From Kineococcus radiotolerans SRS30216 = ATCC BAA-149 (GTDB lineage: Bacteria > Actinomycetota > Actinomycetes > Actinomycetales > Kineococcaceae): 32,000 nucleotides of DNA. Both the position numbers and the translations under genes were made by a program. This document shows, in pieces, positions 1 through 7,007 of the stretch. Under the pieces are notes generated by a model that worked only from the letters and a program-made list of their open reading frames with translations, was not told the origin of the DNA and ran no database searches. The stretch covers positions 3,990,001-4,022,000 of the forward strand of contig NC_009664.2 of NCBI RefSeq assembly GCF_000017305.1. Reading direction: 5' to 3'. Numbering within the stretch: the stretch's first letter is position 1; every line of letters begins with the position of its first letter.

Positions 1-65
1 TTGCCGGGCCTACGATGGCCGCGACCGAGCACCCCGTCCCCGCGCCCCAGGAGCTTCACCCGTGA
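1..65 (+). CDS. 3' end of an upstream CDS running off the window (position suggests chorismate synthase; not verifiable from 20 codons)
   Basis: Frame 3 is open from the window edge to TGA 63-65. That stop overlaps the aroK GTG (GTGA at 62-65), the same coupling pattern seen at most operon junctions here. aroC-aroK-aroB order is common in Actinobacteria. Confidence 0.3.
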   Translation, partial: AGPTMAATEHPVPAPQELHP

Positions 66-673
66 TCGTCCTCGTCGGCTTCATGGGCGCCGGCAAGACG
101 ACCGTGGGCCGTCTCCTCGCGACCCGCCTCGGACTCCCGTTCGTCGATACCGACCACGTGGTCGAGGCTCGCGCGGGCCGTCCGGTCCGGGAGATCTTCA
201 CCACCGACGGCGAGGCGACCTTCCGCGACCTCGAGCAGGCCGCCGTCGAGGAGGTCCTCGCCGGCCCGCAGGCCGTGGTGTCGCTGGGCGGCGGGGCCTG
301 CGGGCGGGAGGCGACCCGCGAGGTCCTGCGCGAGCACGTGGTCGTCCACCTCGACGTCTCCCTGCCCGAGGTGAGGCGGCGGACCGCCGGTGACGTCTCC
401 CGCCCGGTGCTGCGACGGCCCGGTCTCGAGGAGCTGCACGCCGCCCGCCGGACCGTCTTCCACGAGATCGCCGACGTCGAGGTCCCCACCGACGGGCGCA
501 GAGCCGAGGACGTCGCCGGTGGGGTCTTCGACGCGGTCGCGGGTCGCCTGGCTCAGCCCGAGAACGGGGCCCGGGACGCGCCGCTGCGCGCACCGGGTCG
601 TCCCGAGGCGGGGATTCCCGCCGCAGACGGCGCACCGGCCGGTGCGTCGAACGACCTCGCGGAGGACAGATGA
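62..673 (+). CDS. aroK: shikimate kinase
   Basis: ORF 62-673. Walker [12 protein letters not shown] follows the GTG start directly, and PFVDTDHVV matches the shikimate kinase family. No other in-frame start exists upstream within the window. The stop overlaps the aroB ATG (ATGA 670-673). An Ala/Pro/Gly-rich C-terminal tail of about 40 aa extends beyond the usual ~170-aa core. Confidence 0.9.
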   Translation: MIVLVGFMGAGKTTVGRLLATRLGLPFVDTDHVVEARAGRPVREIFTTDGEATFRDLEQAAVEEVLAGPQAVVSLGGGACGREATREVLREHVVVHLDVSLPEVRRRTAGDVSRPVLRRPGLEELHAARRTVFHEIADVEVPTDGRRAEDVAGGVFDAVAGRLAQPENGARDAPLRAPGRPEAGIPAADGAPAGASNDLAEDR

Positions 674-1770
674 CCACCCCGACCACGAACCCTGGACCCG
701 TCCGCATCGCCGTCGACGGGGAAGCCCCCTACGACGTCCTCATCGGCCGCGGCCTGCTGGGGGAACTGCGCGGGATGCTGGGCCCGAGGGTCGCGAAGGT
801 CCTCATCGTGCACCCGCGGGCGCTGCGCAGCACCGGCGAGGCGGTGCGCGACGACCTGATCGCTCAGGGTCTCGAAGCGATCCTGGCCGAGGTCCCCGAC
901 GGCGAGGAGGCGAAGTCAGCGGAGGTCGCCGCGTTCTGCTGGACGGTGCTGGGGCAGTCGGACTTCACCCGCTCCGATGCCGTCGTCGGGGTCGGCGGGG
1001 GGGCGGTCACCGACCTCGCCGGGTTCGTGGCGGCCACCTGGCTGCGGGGGGTCCGCGTGGTCCAGGTCCCGACGACGCTGCTGGCGATGGTCGACGCGGC
1101 CGTCGGCGGCAAGACGGGCATCAACACGGCGGAGGGCAAGAACCTTGTCGGCTCGTTCCACCCGCCGGCGGGGGTGCTCTGCGACCTCGACGCCCTCGAC
1201 ACCCTGCCGCTGCACGACCTGCGGGCCGGGCTGGCTGAGGTCGTGAAGTGCGGTTTCATCGCCGACCCGCGGATCCTCGAGCTCGTCGAGGCCGACGTCG
1301 CCGCGGCCACCGACCCTCGCTCGCCGGTGCTGGCCGAGCTCGTCGAGCGCGCCGTGCGCGTGAAGGCCCGGGTGGTGGGGGAGGACCTCAAGGAGTCCGA
1401 CCTGCGCGAGATCCTCAACTACGGGCACACCTTCGCCCACGCCGTGGAGCTCGTCGAGCGCTACCAGTGGCGCCACGGCGCGGCCGTCAGCGTCGGCCTC
1501 GTCTACGTCGCCGAGCTGGCCCGGATGGCCGGGCGGCTGTCCGACGCGGACGCCGACCGGCACCGGTCCGTCCTGCGGTCCCTGGGCCTGCCCACGACCT
1601 ACCGCGGGGACCGGTGGCCGCAGCTGCTCGACGCGATGAAGCGGGACAAGAAGGCCCGGGGCGCGCTGCTGCGGTTCGTCGTCCTCGACGGGATCGGCAA
1701 GCCCTCCCGCTTGGAGGGCCCCGACCCCGCGATGCTGCAGGCCGCCTACGCCGAGATCAGCGCGGAGTGA
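670..1770 (+). CDS. aroB: 3-dehydroquinate synthase
   Basis: 366-aa ORF with the hallmark motifs [35 protein letters not shown] and [11 protein letters not shown]. It is coupled to aroK. Confidence 0.95.
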   Translation: MTTPTTNPGPVRIAVDGEAPYDVLIGRGLLGELRGMLGPRVAKVLIVHPRALRSTGEAVRDDLIAQGLEAILAEVPDGEEAKSAEVAAFCWTVLGQSDFTRSDAVVGVGGGAVTDLAGFVAATWLRGVRVVQVPTTLLAMVDAAVGGKTGINTAEGKNLVGSFHPPAGVLCDLDALDTLPLHDLRAGLAEVVKCGFIADPRILELVEADVAAATDPRSPVLAELVERAVRVKARVVGEDLKESDLREILNYGHTFAHAVELVERYQWRHGAAVSVGLVYVAELARMAGRLSDADADRHRSVLRSLGLPTTYRGDRWPQLLDAMKRDKKARGALLRFVVLDGIGKPSRLEGPDPAMLQAAYAEISAE

Positions 1771-1771
1771 C

Positions 1772-2245
1772 TCAGGCGCAGGGAGTCGTCGAGATCCCCG
1801 CGCTGGAGGAGTAGTACCAGGCGTCGCCCTCGCCGTCGGCGTCACGGCCGCCGATGCAGTAGCCGACGGCGTCAGCGGCGAGGATGACGACCTCGCTCTG
1901 TGGTGCGGCGATGCCGAGGGCGAGGGGATCGGTGGTGTACGTGCCGTGGGCCATCGCGTAGTTCTCCTCGGCCATCGCCACGGCCTGCACGTCCTCCTTG
2001 ACCTGCACGTCCGCCGCCTTCGAACGCTGGTCCAGGAAGACGGGGATGGCCACAGCCCCGACGATCCCCAGGACCGGCAGCACGAGCAGGACACAGCCGA
2101 TGGCGATGAGGACCTTGGCCCAGGTGGGCACCGGGGTGCGCTGGACGGGCTGTCGGAACGCGGGGGCGGGGACGGGCGGGGCCGGCGGGGTGCGTGGCGG
2201 TGGGGGAGCGGCGAAGAAGTCGGCGTTCGGGTCGAACGAGGACAT
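1772..2245 (-). CDS. single-pass membrane protein with pilin-like ectodomain, paralog A (157 aa)
   Basis: ATG at 2245 (MSSFDPNADFF...) is preceded by GGGAGG 4 nt upstream. GC3 is near 100% in this frame. Layout is a Pro-rich N-tail, a TM helix (VLIAIGCVLLVLPVLGIVGAVAIPVF), then an ectodomain ending GYCIGG...WYYSSSAGISTTPCA. The longer track ORF (to 2656) adds only Arg/Gly-rich shadow sequence. Confidence 0.8.
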   Translation of the reverse strand: MSSFDPNADFFAAPPPPRTPPAPPVPAPAFRQPVQRTPVPTWAKVLIAIGCVLLVLPVLGIVGAVAIPVFLDQRSKAADVQVKEDVQAVAMAEENYAMAHGTYTTDPLALGIAAPQSEVVILAADAVGYCIGGRDADGEGDAWYYSSSAGISTTPCA

Positions 2246-2337
2246 GGAACCTCCCGGGTCTCCCCAGGTGCTTCGGTGCGTCCTCGGTCCACCTCCAGCC
2301 CGCTCACCCGGGCGGACGAAGCCCTCTGGGTGACCCT

Positions 2338-2811
2338 TCAGCCGCAGGGGGTGTCGGAGACCCCGCGGCCGGGCGAGTAGTAGCGCACGACCCCGCCCGT
2401 GACACCGGTGCCCTTCAGGCAGAAGTCGCTCCCCGTGGCCGACAGGACGTCCACGTGGCTGATCGTCTTGGGGATGCTGAGCGCGTCGAAGTCGGTGCCG
2501 TAGGTCCCGTTCAGCTTCAGGTACGACGCCTCGCCCGCCGCGACGTTCTCCAGATCGGCCGTGACCGCGGAGATGTCCTTGGCGTGCACCTGGTCCATCA
2601 CCACGGGGTAGCCGTACTTCACCCCGATCGCGCCGACGACGAGCACGGTGGCCCACGTCACGAGCGTCTTGACCGGGTCACGCCCGGCCCTCCGGGGCAC
2701 GGCTTCGGTGCGCGGCACGCTGAACGGGCTGGTGTTGCCGGGGTTGAACACGGGCCGCCCGCCGGACTGCGCGTAGAACGAGTCGCCACCACCGGCGCGG
2801 GGATCGCGCAT
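2338..2811 (-). CDS. single-pass membrane protein with pilin-like ectodomain, paralog B (157 aa)
   Basis: ATG at 2811 (MRDPRAGGG...) has GGGAGG 8 nt upstream; the alternative ATG at 2841 has no SD. TM helix is TLVTWATVLVVGAIGV. The ectodomain carries NGTYGTD, DFCLKG and the C-terminus RYYSPGRGVSDTPCG, paralogous to A and C. Confidence 0.8.
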   Translation of the reverse strand: MRDPRAGGGDSFYAQSGGRPVFNPGNTSPFSVPRTEAVPRRAGRDPVKTLVTWATVLVVGAIGVKYGYPVVMDQVHAKDISAVTADLENVAAGEASYLKLNGTYGTDFDALSIPKTISHVDVLSATGSDFCLKGTGVTGGVVRYYSPGRGVSDTPCG

Positions 2812-2889
2812 CCGGGTCACCTCCCTGGTCACGATCTCCATCGGCGGGAGGGCAGGCCGGCAGGAGGTCTCGTCACCCGGACGGAGCCC

Positions 2890-3246
2890 TCAGCCGCAGG
2901 GCACCGCGCTGAAGCCGCCGGCGGAGGAGTAGAAGACGACCGCCCCCGTCCCCGGGTCGTGGGCGCCCGCGCAGAACCCCTCCGCGTCGCCGCGCACGAT
3001 GGCGAGGTCGCCCCGGGAGGGGAGGCCGAGGTCCTCGAGCCGGGTCGTGTACGTCTCGTGCCCGGTCCGCCAGGCGTCCTGCGCCCGGGCGACCTGGGCG
3101 AGGCGTTCCCGCGCGGCGGTGCCGGCGTCCCCGCCACCGTCGGGCGGGGAGAGGGCCACGGCTGCGGCGAGCCCGAGCGCGGTCAGCAGTCCCGCACCGG
3201 CGACGAGGGCGCGCCGAGGGAGGGGGACCGCGACGTGCAGGGCCAC
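2890..3246 (-). CDS. single-pass membrane protein with pilin-like ectodomain, paralog C
   Basis: The stop at 2890 is firm. GTG 3246 is preferred because GGAGGGGG lies 5-8 nt upstream, giving [32 protein letters not shown]... An upstream in-frame GTG at 3438 (182 aa, no SD, Pro/Gly/Arg-rich extension) cannot be excluded. C-terminus is GFCAGA...[15 protein letters not shown]. Confidence 0.65.
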   Translation of the reverse strand: MALHVAVPLPRRALVAGAGLLTALGLAAAVALSPPDGGGDAGTAARERLAQVARAQDAWRTGHETYTTRLEDLGLPSRGDLAIVRGDAEGFCAGAHDPGTGAVVFYSSAGGFSAVPCG

Positions 3247-3545
3247 GCGGTCCCCCTCCGGCTCCGTGCGCCGGCGGGGCGGCCCCGTGGCGTCGTCCTC
3301 GGGTGATCGGGCGCCCCGCGGCGCGCACTGAGGCCGTACGGCCCCGCGCCACCCGGACGCGCGCCCCGCTCCTCCGTCCGGCCCAACGGGCCCGCTCCCG
3401 GGGTCGGCAGGCGCCCGGGGCGGGGCCCCGCCCGCCACGAGCGCGGGCGGGTGGGGGCGTCCCGCTCGCTAGGATGGGGTCGCTACACCCGCGTCCGGTC
3501 CCGGTCGCGGGTGACGACGGACAACGAGACGGACTGAGAGACGAC

Positions 3546-4109
3546 GTGGCATCGACGAACGACCTGAAGAACGGCACCGTGCTGAACCTCGACGGCAACC
3601 TCTGGTCGGTGGTCGAGTTCCAGCACGTGAAGCCCGGCAAGGGCGGGGCCTTCGTCCGGACCAAGCTCAAGAACGTCCTGTCCGGCAAGGTCGTCGACCG
3701 CACCTTCAACGCCGGCTCCAAGGTGGAGACCGCGACGGTCGACAAGCGCGACATGCAGTACCTGTACAAGGACGGCGAGGACTTCGTCTTCATGGACTCC
3801 GCCACCTACGACCAGCTGTACGTCAGCGCGACGACCGTGGGCGACGCGGCGAACTACATGCTGGAGAGCACCGAGGCCATCGTCGCCACGCACGAGGGCA
3901 CCCCGCTCTACGTCGAGCTCCCCGCGTCGGTCGTCCTGGAGATCACCTACACCGAGCCCGGCCTGCAGGGCGACCGCTCCACCGGCGGCACCAAGCCCGC
4001 GACGGTGGAGACCGGCTACGAGATCCAGGTCCCGCTGTTCCTCGAGACCGGCACCAAGGTGAAGGTGGACACCCGCACGGGCGACTACCTCGGCCGCGTC
4101 AACGACTGA
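3546..4109 (+). CDS. efp: translation elongation factor P
   Basis: GTG 3546 gives (M)[19 protein letters not shown]..., 187 aa, which is typical EF-P length. It contains the conserved loop [17 protein letters not shown]. The upstream part of track ORF 3303-4109 is Arg/Pro-rich non-homologous sequence. Confidence 0.93.
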   Translation: MASTNDLKNGTVLNLDGNLWSVVEFQHVKPGKGGAFVRTKLKNVLSGKVVDRTFNAGSKVETATVDKRDMQYLYKDGEDFVFMDSATYDQLYVSATTVGDAANYMLESTEAIVATHEGTPLYVELPASVVLEITYTEPGLQGDRSTGGTKPATVETGYEIQVPLFLETGTKVKVDTRTGDYLGRVND

Positions 4110-4519
4110 TGGCGGCCCGCCGCAAGGCGCGCAAGCGCGCGCTGGAGGTCCTCTTCGAGGCCGACCAGCGCGGGCTGGCCCCCCTCGACGTCCTCAAGGA
4201 CAAGATCCTGCGCGCTGACCCGCCCGTCGGCGAGTACGCCGTGACCGTCGTGGAGGGCGTGGTCGAGCACCAGGCGCGCATCGACGAGGTCCTCTCGACG
4301 TACTCGATGGCCTGGCCCCTGGACCGGATGCCGGCCGTGGACCGCGCCCTGCTGCGGATCGGCACGTGGGAGGTCCTGTACGCGGCCGACGTGCCCGACC
4401 ACGTGGCCGTCAGCGAGGCCGTGGAGATCGCGCAGGAGCTCTCCACCGACGAGTCCCCGAAGTTCGTGAACGGGCTGCTCGCCCGGATCGCGGAGCTGAA
4501 GGAGACCCTCTCCGCCTGA
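4109..4519 (+). CDS. nusB: transcription antitermination factor NusB
   Basis: 136-aa ORF beginning [22 protein letters not shown], with ...FVNGLLARI, which is canonical NusB. Its ATG overlaps the efp stop (TGATG 4107-4111). Confidence 0.95.
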   Translation: MAARRKARKRALEVLFEADQRGLAPLDVLKDKILRADPPVGEYAVTVVEGVVEHQARIDEVLSTYSMAWPLDRMPAVDRALLRIGTWEVLYAADVPDHVAVSEAVEIAQELSTDESPKFVNGLLARIAELKETLSA

Positions 4520-4537
4520 GGCGGACCGGGACGCGAC

Positions 4538-4574
4538 GGCGCCCCGCACCCCGGCGACGGGGGCGCGGGGCGCC
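4538..4574. terminator. GC-rich hairpin downstream of nusB
   Basis: GGCGCCCCGCACCCC (4538-4552) pairs with GGGGGCGCGGGGCGCC (4559-4574), 14 bp with one mismatch. There is no U-tract, as is common for actinobacterial terminators. Confidence 0.4.
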
Positions 4575-4612
4575 GCCGTCGCGCGGTGCCGCGGGAGGTA
4601 CCGCGGGAGGGG

Positions 4613-4664
4613 GAACGCCGAACGGCCCGGCCCCCCACGCGGGGGACCGGGCCGTTCGGCGTTC
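4613..4664. terminator. long hairpin between convergent nusB and bldD (candidate bidirectional terminator)
   Basis: GAACGCCGAACGGCCCGGCCCCC (4613-4635) pairs with GGGGGACCGGGCCGTTCGGCGTTC (4641-4664). This is a 23-bp stem with a single bulged A and a 5-nt loop. It ends 6 nt from the bldD stop codon. Confidence 0.6.
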
Positions 4665-4670
4665 CGGGTG

Positions 4671-5165
4671 TCAGCCGTGCTCGACCGCGCGCCGGGCGTC
4701 GGCGTTGAGCACGCCCCAGGCGATGAACTCGTCGCACAGGGTGGTGGCGGGCACGTCGTAGATGACGGCCAGGGTGCGGAGGTCGTCGGCGCGGATCGAG
4801 AGGACCCGGCCGTTGTAGTCGCCGCGCTGGGACTGGATGGTCTTCGCGTAGCGGTCCAGGGGGCCGGCCTTCTCGGCGGGGACCTCCTGGAGGCGCTCGA
4901 GGTCGAGCACGAGCCGCGGGGGCGGTTCGGTGCTGCCCTGCGGGGCGCCTTCGGGGAGCAGGGCCGAGACGGGGACTCCGTAGAAGTCCGCGAGCTCGGC
5001 GAGTCGCTGGACGGTCACTGCACGGTCGCCGCGCTCGTAGGAGCCCACGACGACGGCCTTCCACCGTCCCTCGGACTTCTCTTCGACGCCGTGCAGGGAC
5101 AGCCCCTGTTGAGTACGGATGGCGCGAAGGCGCGATCCGAGTGCGCGGGAGTAGTCCGATGCCAT
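4671..5165 (-). CDS. bldD: developmental transcriptional regulator BldD (XRE-type HTH N-domain plus c-di-GMP-binding C-domain)
   Basis: From ATG 5165 the protein is MASDYSRALGSRLRAIRTQQGLSLHGVEEKSEGRWKAVVVGSYERGDRAVTVQRLAELADFYGVPV...IQSQRGDYNGRVLSIRADDLRTLAVIYD. This is near-colinear with Streptomyces BldD as I recall it. It lies next to pyrR and nusB, as bldD does in Streptomyces. The track ORF start (TTG 5201) adds 12 non-homologous residues. Confidence 0.85.
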   Translation of the reverse strand: MASDYSRALGSRLRAIRTQQGLSLHGVEEKSEGRWKAVVVGSYERGDRAVTVQRLAELADFYGVPVSALLPEGAPQGSTEPPPRLVLDLERLQEVPAEKAGPLDRYAKTIQSQRGDYNGRVLSIRADDLRTLAVIYDVPATTLCDEFIAWGVLNADARRAVEHG

Positions 5166-5171
5166 ACGAGG

Positions 5172-5201
5172 ATCGTCACGGAGCGTGAACGTCTTCGTCA
5201 A
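5172..5201 (-). promoter_or_regulatory. candidate bldD promoter giving a leaderless mRNA
   Basis: The minus strand reads TTGACG (5201-5196), an 18-nt spacer, GACGAT (5177-5172), 6 nt, then ATG (5165). The -10 has A2 and T6 of TANNNT. The spacing places the predicted transcription start at or next to the start codon, and no SD precedes this ATG. Confidence 0.35.
5176..5188. promoter_or_regulatory. BldD box 1 (TNAC-N5-GTNA)
   Basis: TCAC GGAGC GTGA is an exact match to the published BldD operator pseudo-palindrome. It lies in the spacer of the candidate bldD promoter, 11 nt upstream of the ATG. Confidence 0.5.
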
Positions 5202-5261
5202 GCTGACCTGCCGTTTCGCACCCGTTTCTCAGGATTCACCACTCAGACGGCACCGAGAGCA

Positions 5262-5274
5262 TTACTCCGAGTGA
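5262..5274. promoter_or_regulatory. BldD box 2 (TNAC-N5-GTNA)
   Basis: TTAC TCCGA GTGA is an exact match to TNAC-N5-GTNA, in the bldD/pyrR divergent intergenic region. Confidence 0.45.
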
Positions 5275-5422
5275 GCGTTTGACCTCGCAACGACAACGTT
5301 CTCCCGCCGCTCGCCCCCGGGCCGTCCCCCCACCGTCCTCCTGTAGGGTCGTCGACGGCCAGCGCGCCACGCCGTGCGACGACCCCCGGGTCGCCGCGCG
5401 GTCCGGGGCCTGGTGAAGACGT

Positions 5423-5458
5423 CCTTTAAGGATCCGTCCCGTGAGGCGGGGAAGGAGG
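5423..5458 (+). promoter_or_regulatory. PyrR-binding RNA loop overlapping the pyrR Shine-Dalgarno
   Basis: CCUUUAAGGAUCCGUCCCGUGAGGCGGGGAAGGAGG contains GUCCCGUGAGGC, which matches the PyrR loop core GUCCAGAGAGGC at 10 of 12 positions. It is flanked by CCUUUAA and GAAGG, which form the outer stem. The 3' arm is the SD (AAGGAGG) 5 nt before GTG 5464. Confidence 0.65.
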
Positions 5459-5463
5459 TCGCG

Positions 5464-6039
5464 GTGAGCGCTGCCCCGGACCAGGCAGACCCTCCCGCGC
5501 AGGGCAGGGTGCTCCTCACCGGAGCCGACGTGTCCCGCGCCGTGACGCGCATCGCGCACGAGCTGCTGGAGAGCAACAGGGGAGCGGACGACCTCGTCCT
5601 GCTCGGCATCCCCACCCGCGGGGTCCCCCTCGCCCGGCGCCTCGCGCGCCGCCTCGCCGAGGTCGAGGGACGCGCCGTCCCCGCCGGGGCCCTGGACGTC
5701 ACGATGTACCGCGACGACCTGCGCCGGCACCCCACCCGCGAGCTGCTCCCCACCGAGGTCCCGCCCGGCGGGATCGACGACAAGGTCGTGGTCCTCGTCG
5801 ACGACGTCCTCTACTCCGGGCGCACCATCCGCGCCGCCCTCGACGCCCTCAGCGACCTCGGCCGCCCCCGCGCCGTCCGCCTCGCCGTCCTCGTCGACCG
5901 CGGCCACCGCGAGCTGCCGATCCGCGCCGACCACGTCGGGAAGAACCTCCCCACCTCCTCCGCCGAGCGCGTCAGCGTCCTGCTCGAGGAGCTCGACGGG
6001 CGCGACGCGGTCCTCATCACCGGAGGTGCCCCCGCGTGA
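5464..6039 (+). CDS. pyrR: bifunctional pyr operon regulator / uracil phosphoribosyltransferase PyrR
   Basis: GTG 5464 is preceded by GAAGGAGG and gives 191 aa. It has the PRPP-binding motif [18 protein letters not shown] and [12 protein letters not shown]. The stop overlaps the pyrB GTG. Confidence 0.9.
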   Translation: MSAAPDQADPPAQGRVLLTGADVSRAVTRIAHELLESNRGADDLVLLGIPTRGVPLARRLARRLAEVEGRAVPAGALDVTMYRDDLRRHPTRELLPTEVPPGGIDDKVVVLVDDVLYSGRTIRAALDALSDLGRPRAVRLAVLVDRGHRELPIRADHVGKNLPTSSAERVSVLLEELDGRDAVLITGGAPA

Positions 6040-7007
6040 GCGGCCCGATGCGCCACCTGCTCTCCGCCGCCGACCTCGACCGCGACGCCGCCGTGCGCGT
6101 GCTCGACGTGGCCGAGGAGATGGCCGCCACCCAGCGCCGGGAGATCAAGAAGCTCCCGACGCTGCGCGGGCGGACGGTCGTCAACCTCTTCTTCGAGGAC
6201 TCCACCCGCACCCGCACGTCCTTCGAGGCCGCCGCCAAGCGCCTCTCCGCCGACGTCATCAACTTCTCCGCCAAGGGCTCCAGCGTCTCCAAGGGCGAGA
6301 GCCTCAAGGACACCGCGCTGACCCTGGAGGCCATGGGCGCCGACGCGGTCGTCGTCCGGCACGGCTCCTCCGGCGCCCCGCACCGCCTCGCCCACGCCGG
6401 CTGGACCCGCGGCGCGGTCGTCAACGCCGGCGACGGCACCCACGAGCACCCCACCCAGGCCCTGCTCGACGCCTACACCATGCGTCGCCACCTCACGAGC
6501 GGCGCGGGGGACCTGACGGGTGCGCGGGTCGTCATCGTCGGCGACGTCCTGCACTCCCGGGTCGCGCGCTCCAACGTCCTGCTGCTGCGCACCCTCGGCG
6601 CGCACGTCACCCTCGTCGCCCCGCCCACCCTGCTGCCCGTGGGGGTCGAGAGCTGGCCGTGCGCGACCTCCCACGACCTCGACGCCGCCCTGCGGGACGG
6701 CGCGCCCGACGCGGTGATGATGCTGCGCGTGCAGGCCGAGCGGATGGACGCCTCGAAGGGGTCGTTCTTCCCCTCCGCCCGGGAGTACGGCCGCCGCTAC
6801 GGCCTGGGCCGCCAGCGGCTGGCCCTGCTGCCCGAGCACACGATCGTCATGCACCCCGGCCCGATGAACCGCGGGCTGGAGATCTCCGCCGAGGCCGCCG
6901 ACTCCGCCCGCTCCACCATCGTCGAGCAGGTCGGCAACGGCGTCGCGGTCCGAATGGCCGTCCTCTACCTGTTGCTGGCCGGCGAGCTCCCGGGAGGGGA
7001 CGCGTGA
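6036..7007 (+). CDS. pyrB: aspartate carbamoyltransferase catalytic subunit
   Basis: Motifs [21 protein letters not shown] and MHPGPMNRG are present. GTG 6036 has GGAGG 7 nt upstream and overlaps the pyrR stop (GTGA). ATG 6048 is an alternative start. Confidence 0.95.
   Translation: MSGPMRHLLSAADLDRDAAVRVLDVAEEMAATQRREIKKLPTLRGRTVVNLFFEDSTRTRTSFEAAAKRLSADVINFSAKGSSVSKGESLKDTALTLEAMGADAVVVRHGSSGAPHRLAHAGWTRGAVVNAGDGTHEHPTQALLDAYTMRRHLTSGAGDLTGARVVIVGDVLHSRVARSNVLLLRTLGAHVTLVAPPTLLPVGVESWPCATSHDLDAALRDGAPDAVMMLRVQAERMDASKGSFFPSAREYGRRYGLGRQRLALLPEHTIVMHPGPMNRGLEISAEAADSARSTIVEQVGNGVAVRMAVLYLLLAGELPGGDA

Noticed and set aside
1-393. 130-aa plus-strand ORF at the window start, plus overlapping minus-strand ORFs (10-489, 56-463, 198-707)
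   Set aside because: These are Arg/Pro/Gly-rich shadow frames of aroK, and only the 62-673 frame shows a kinase P-loop and family motifs.
2194-3306. 370-aa plus-strand ORF across the pilin-like gene region
   Set aside because: It is a shadow of the three minus-strand paralogs. The minus-strand frames have SD motifs, TM helices, mutually conserved motifs and saturated GC3. The plus-frame product is Arg/Gly/His-rich with no features.
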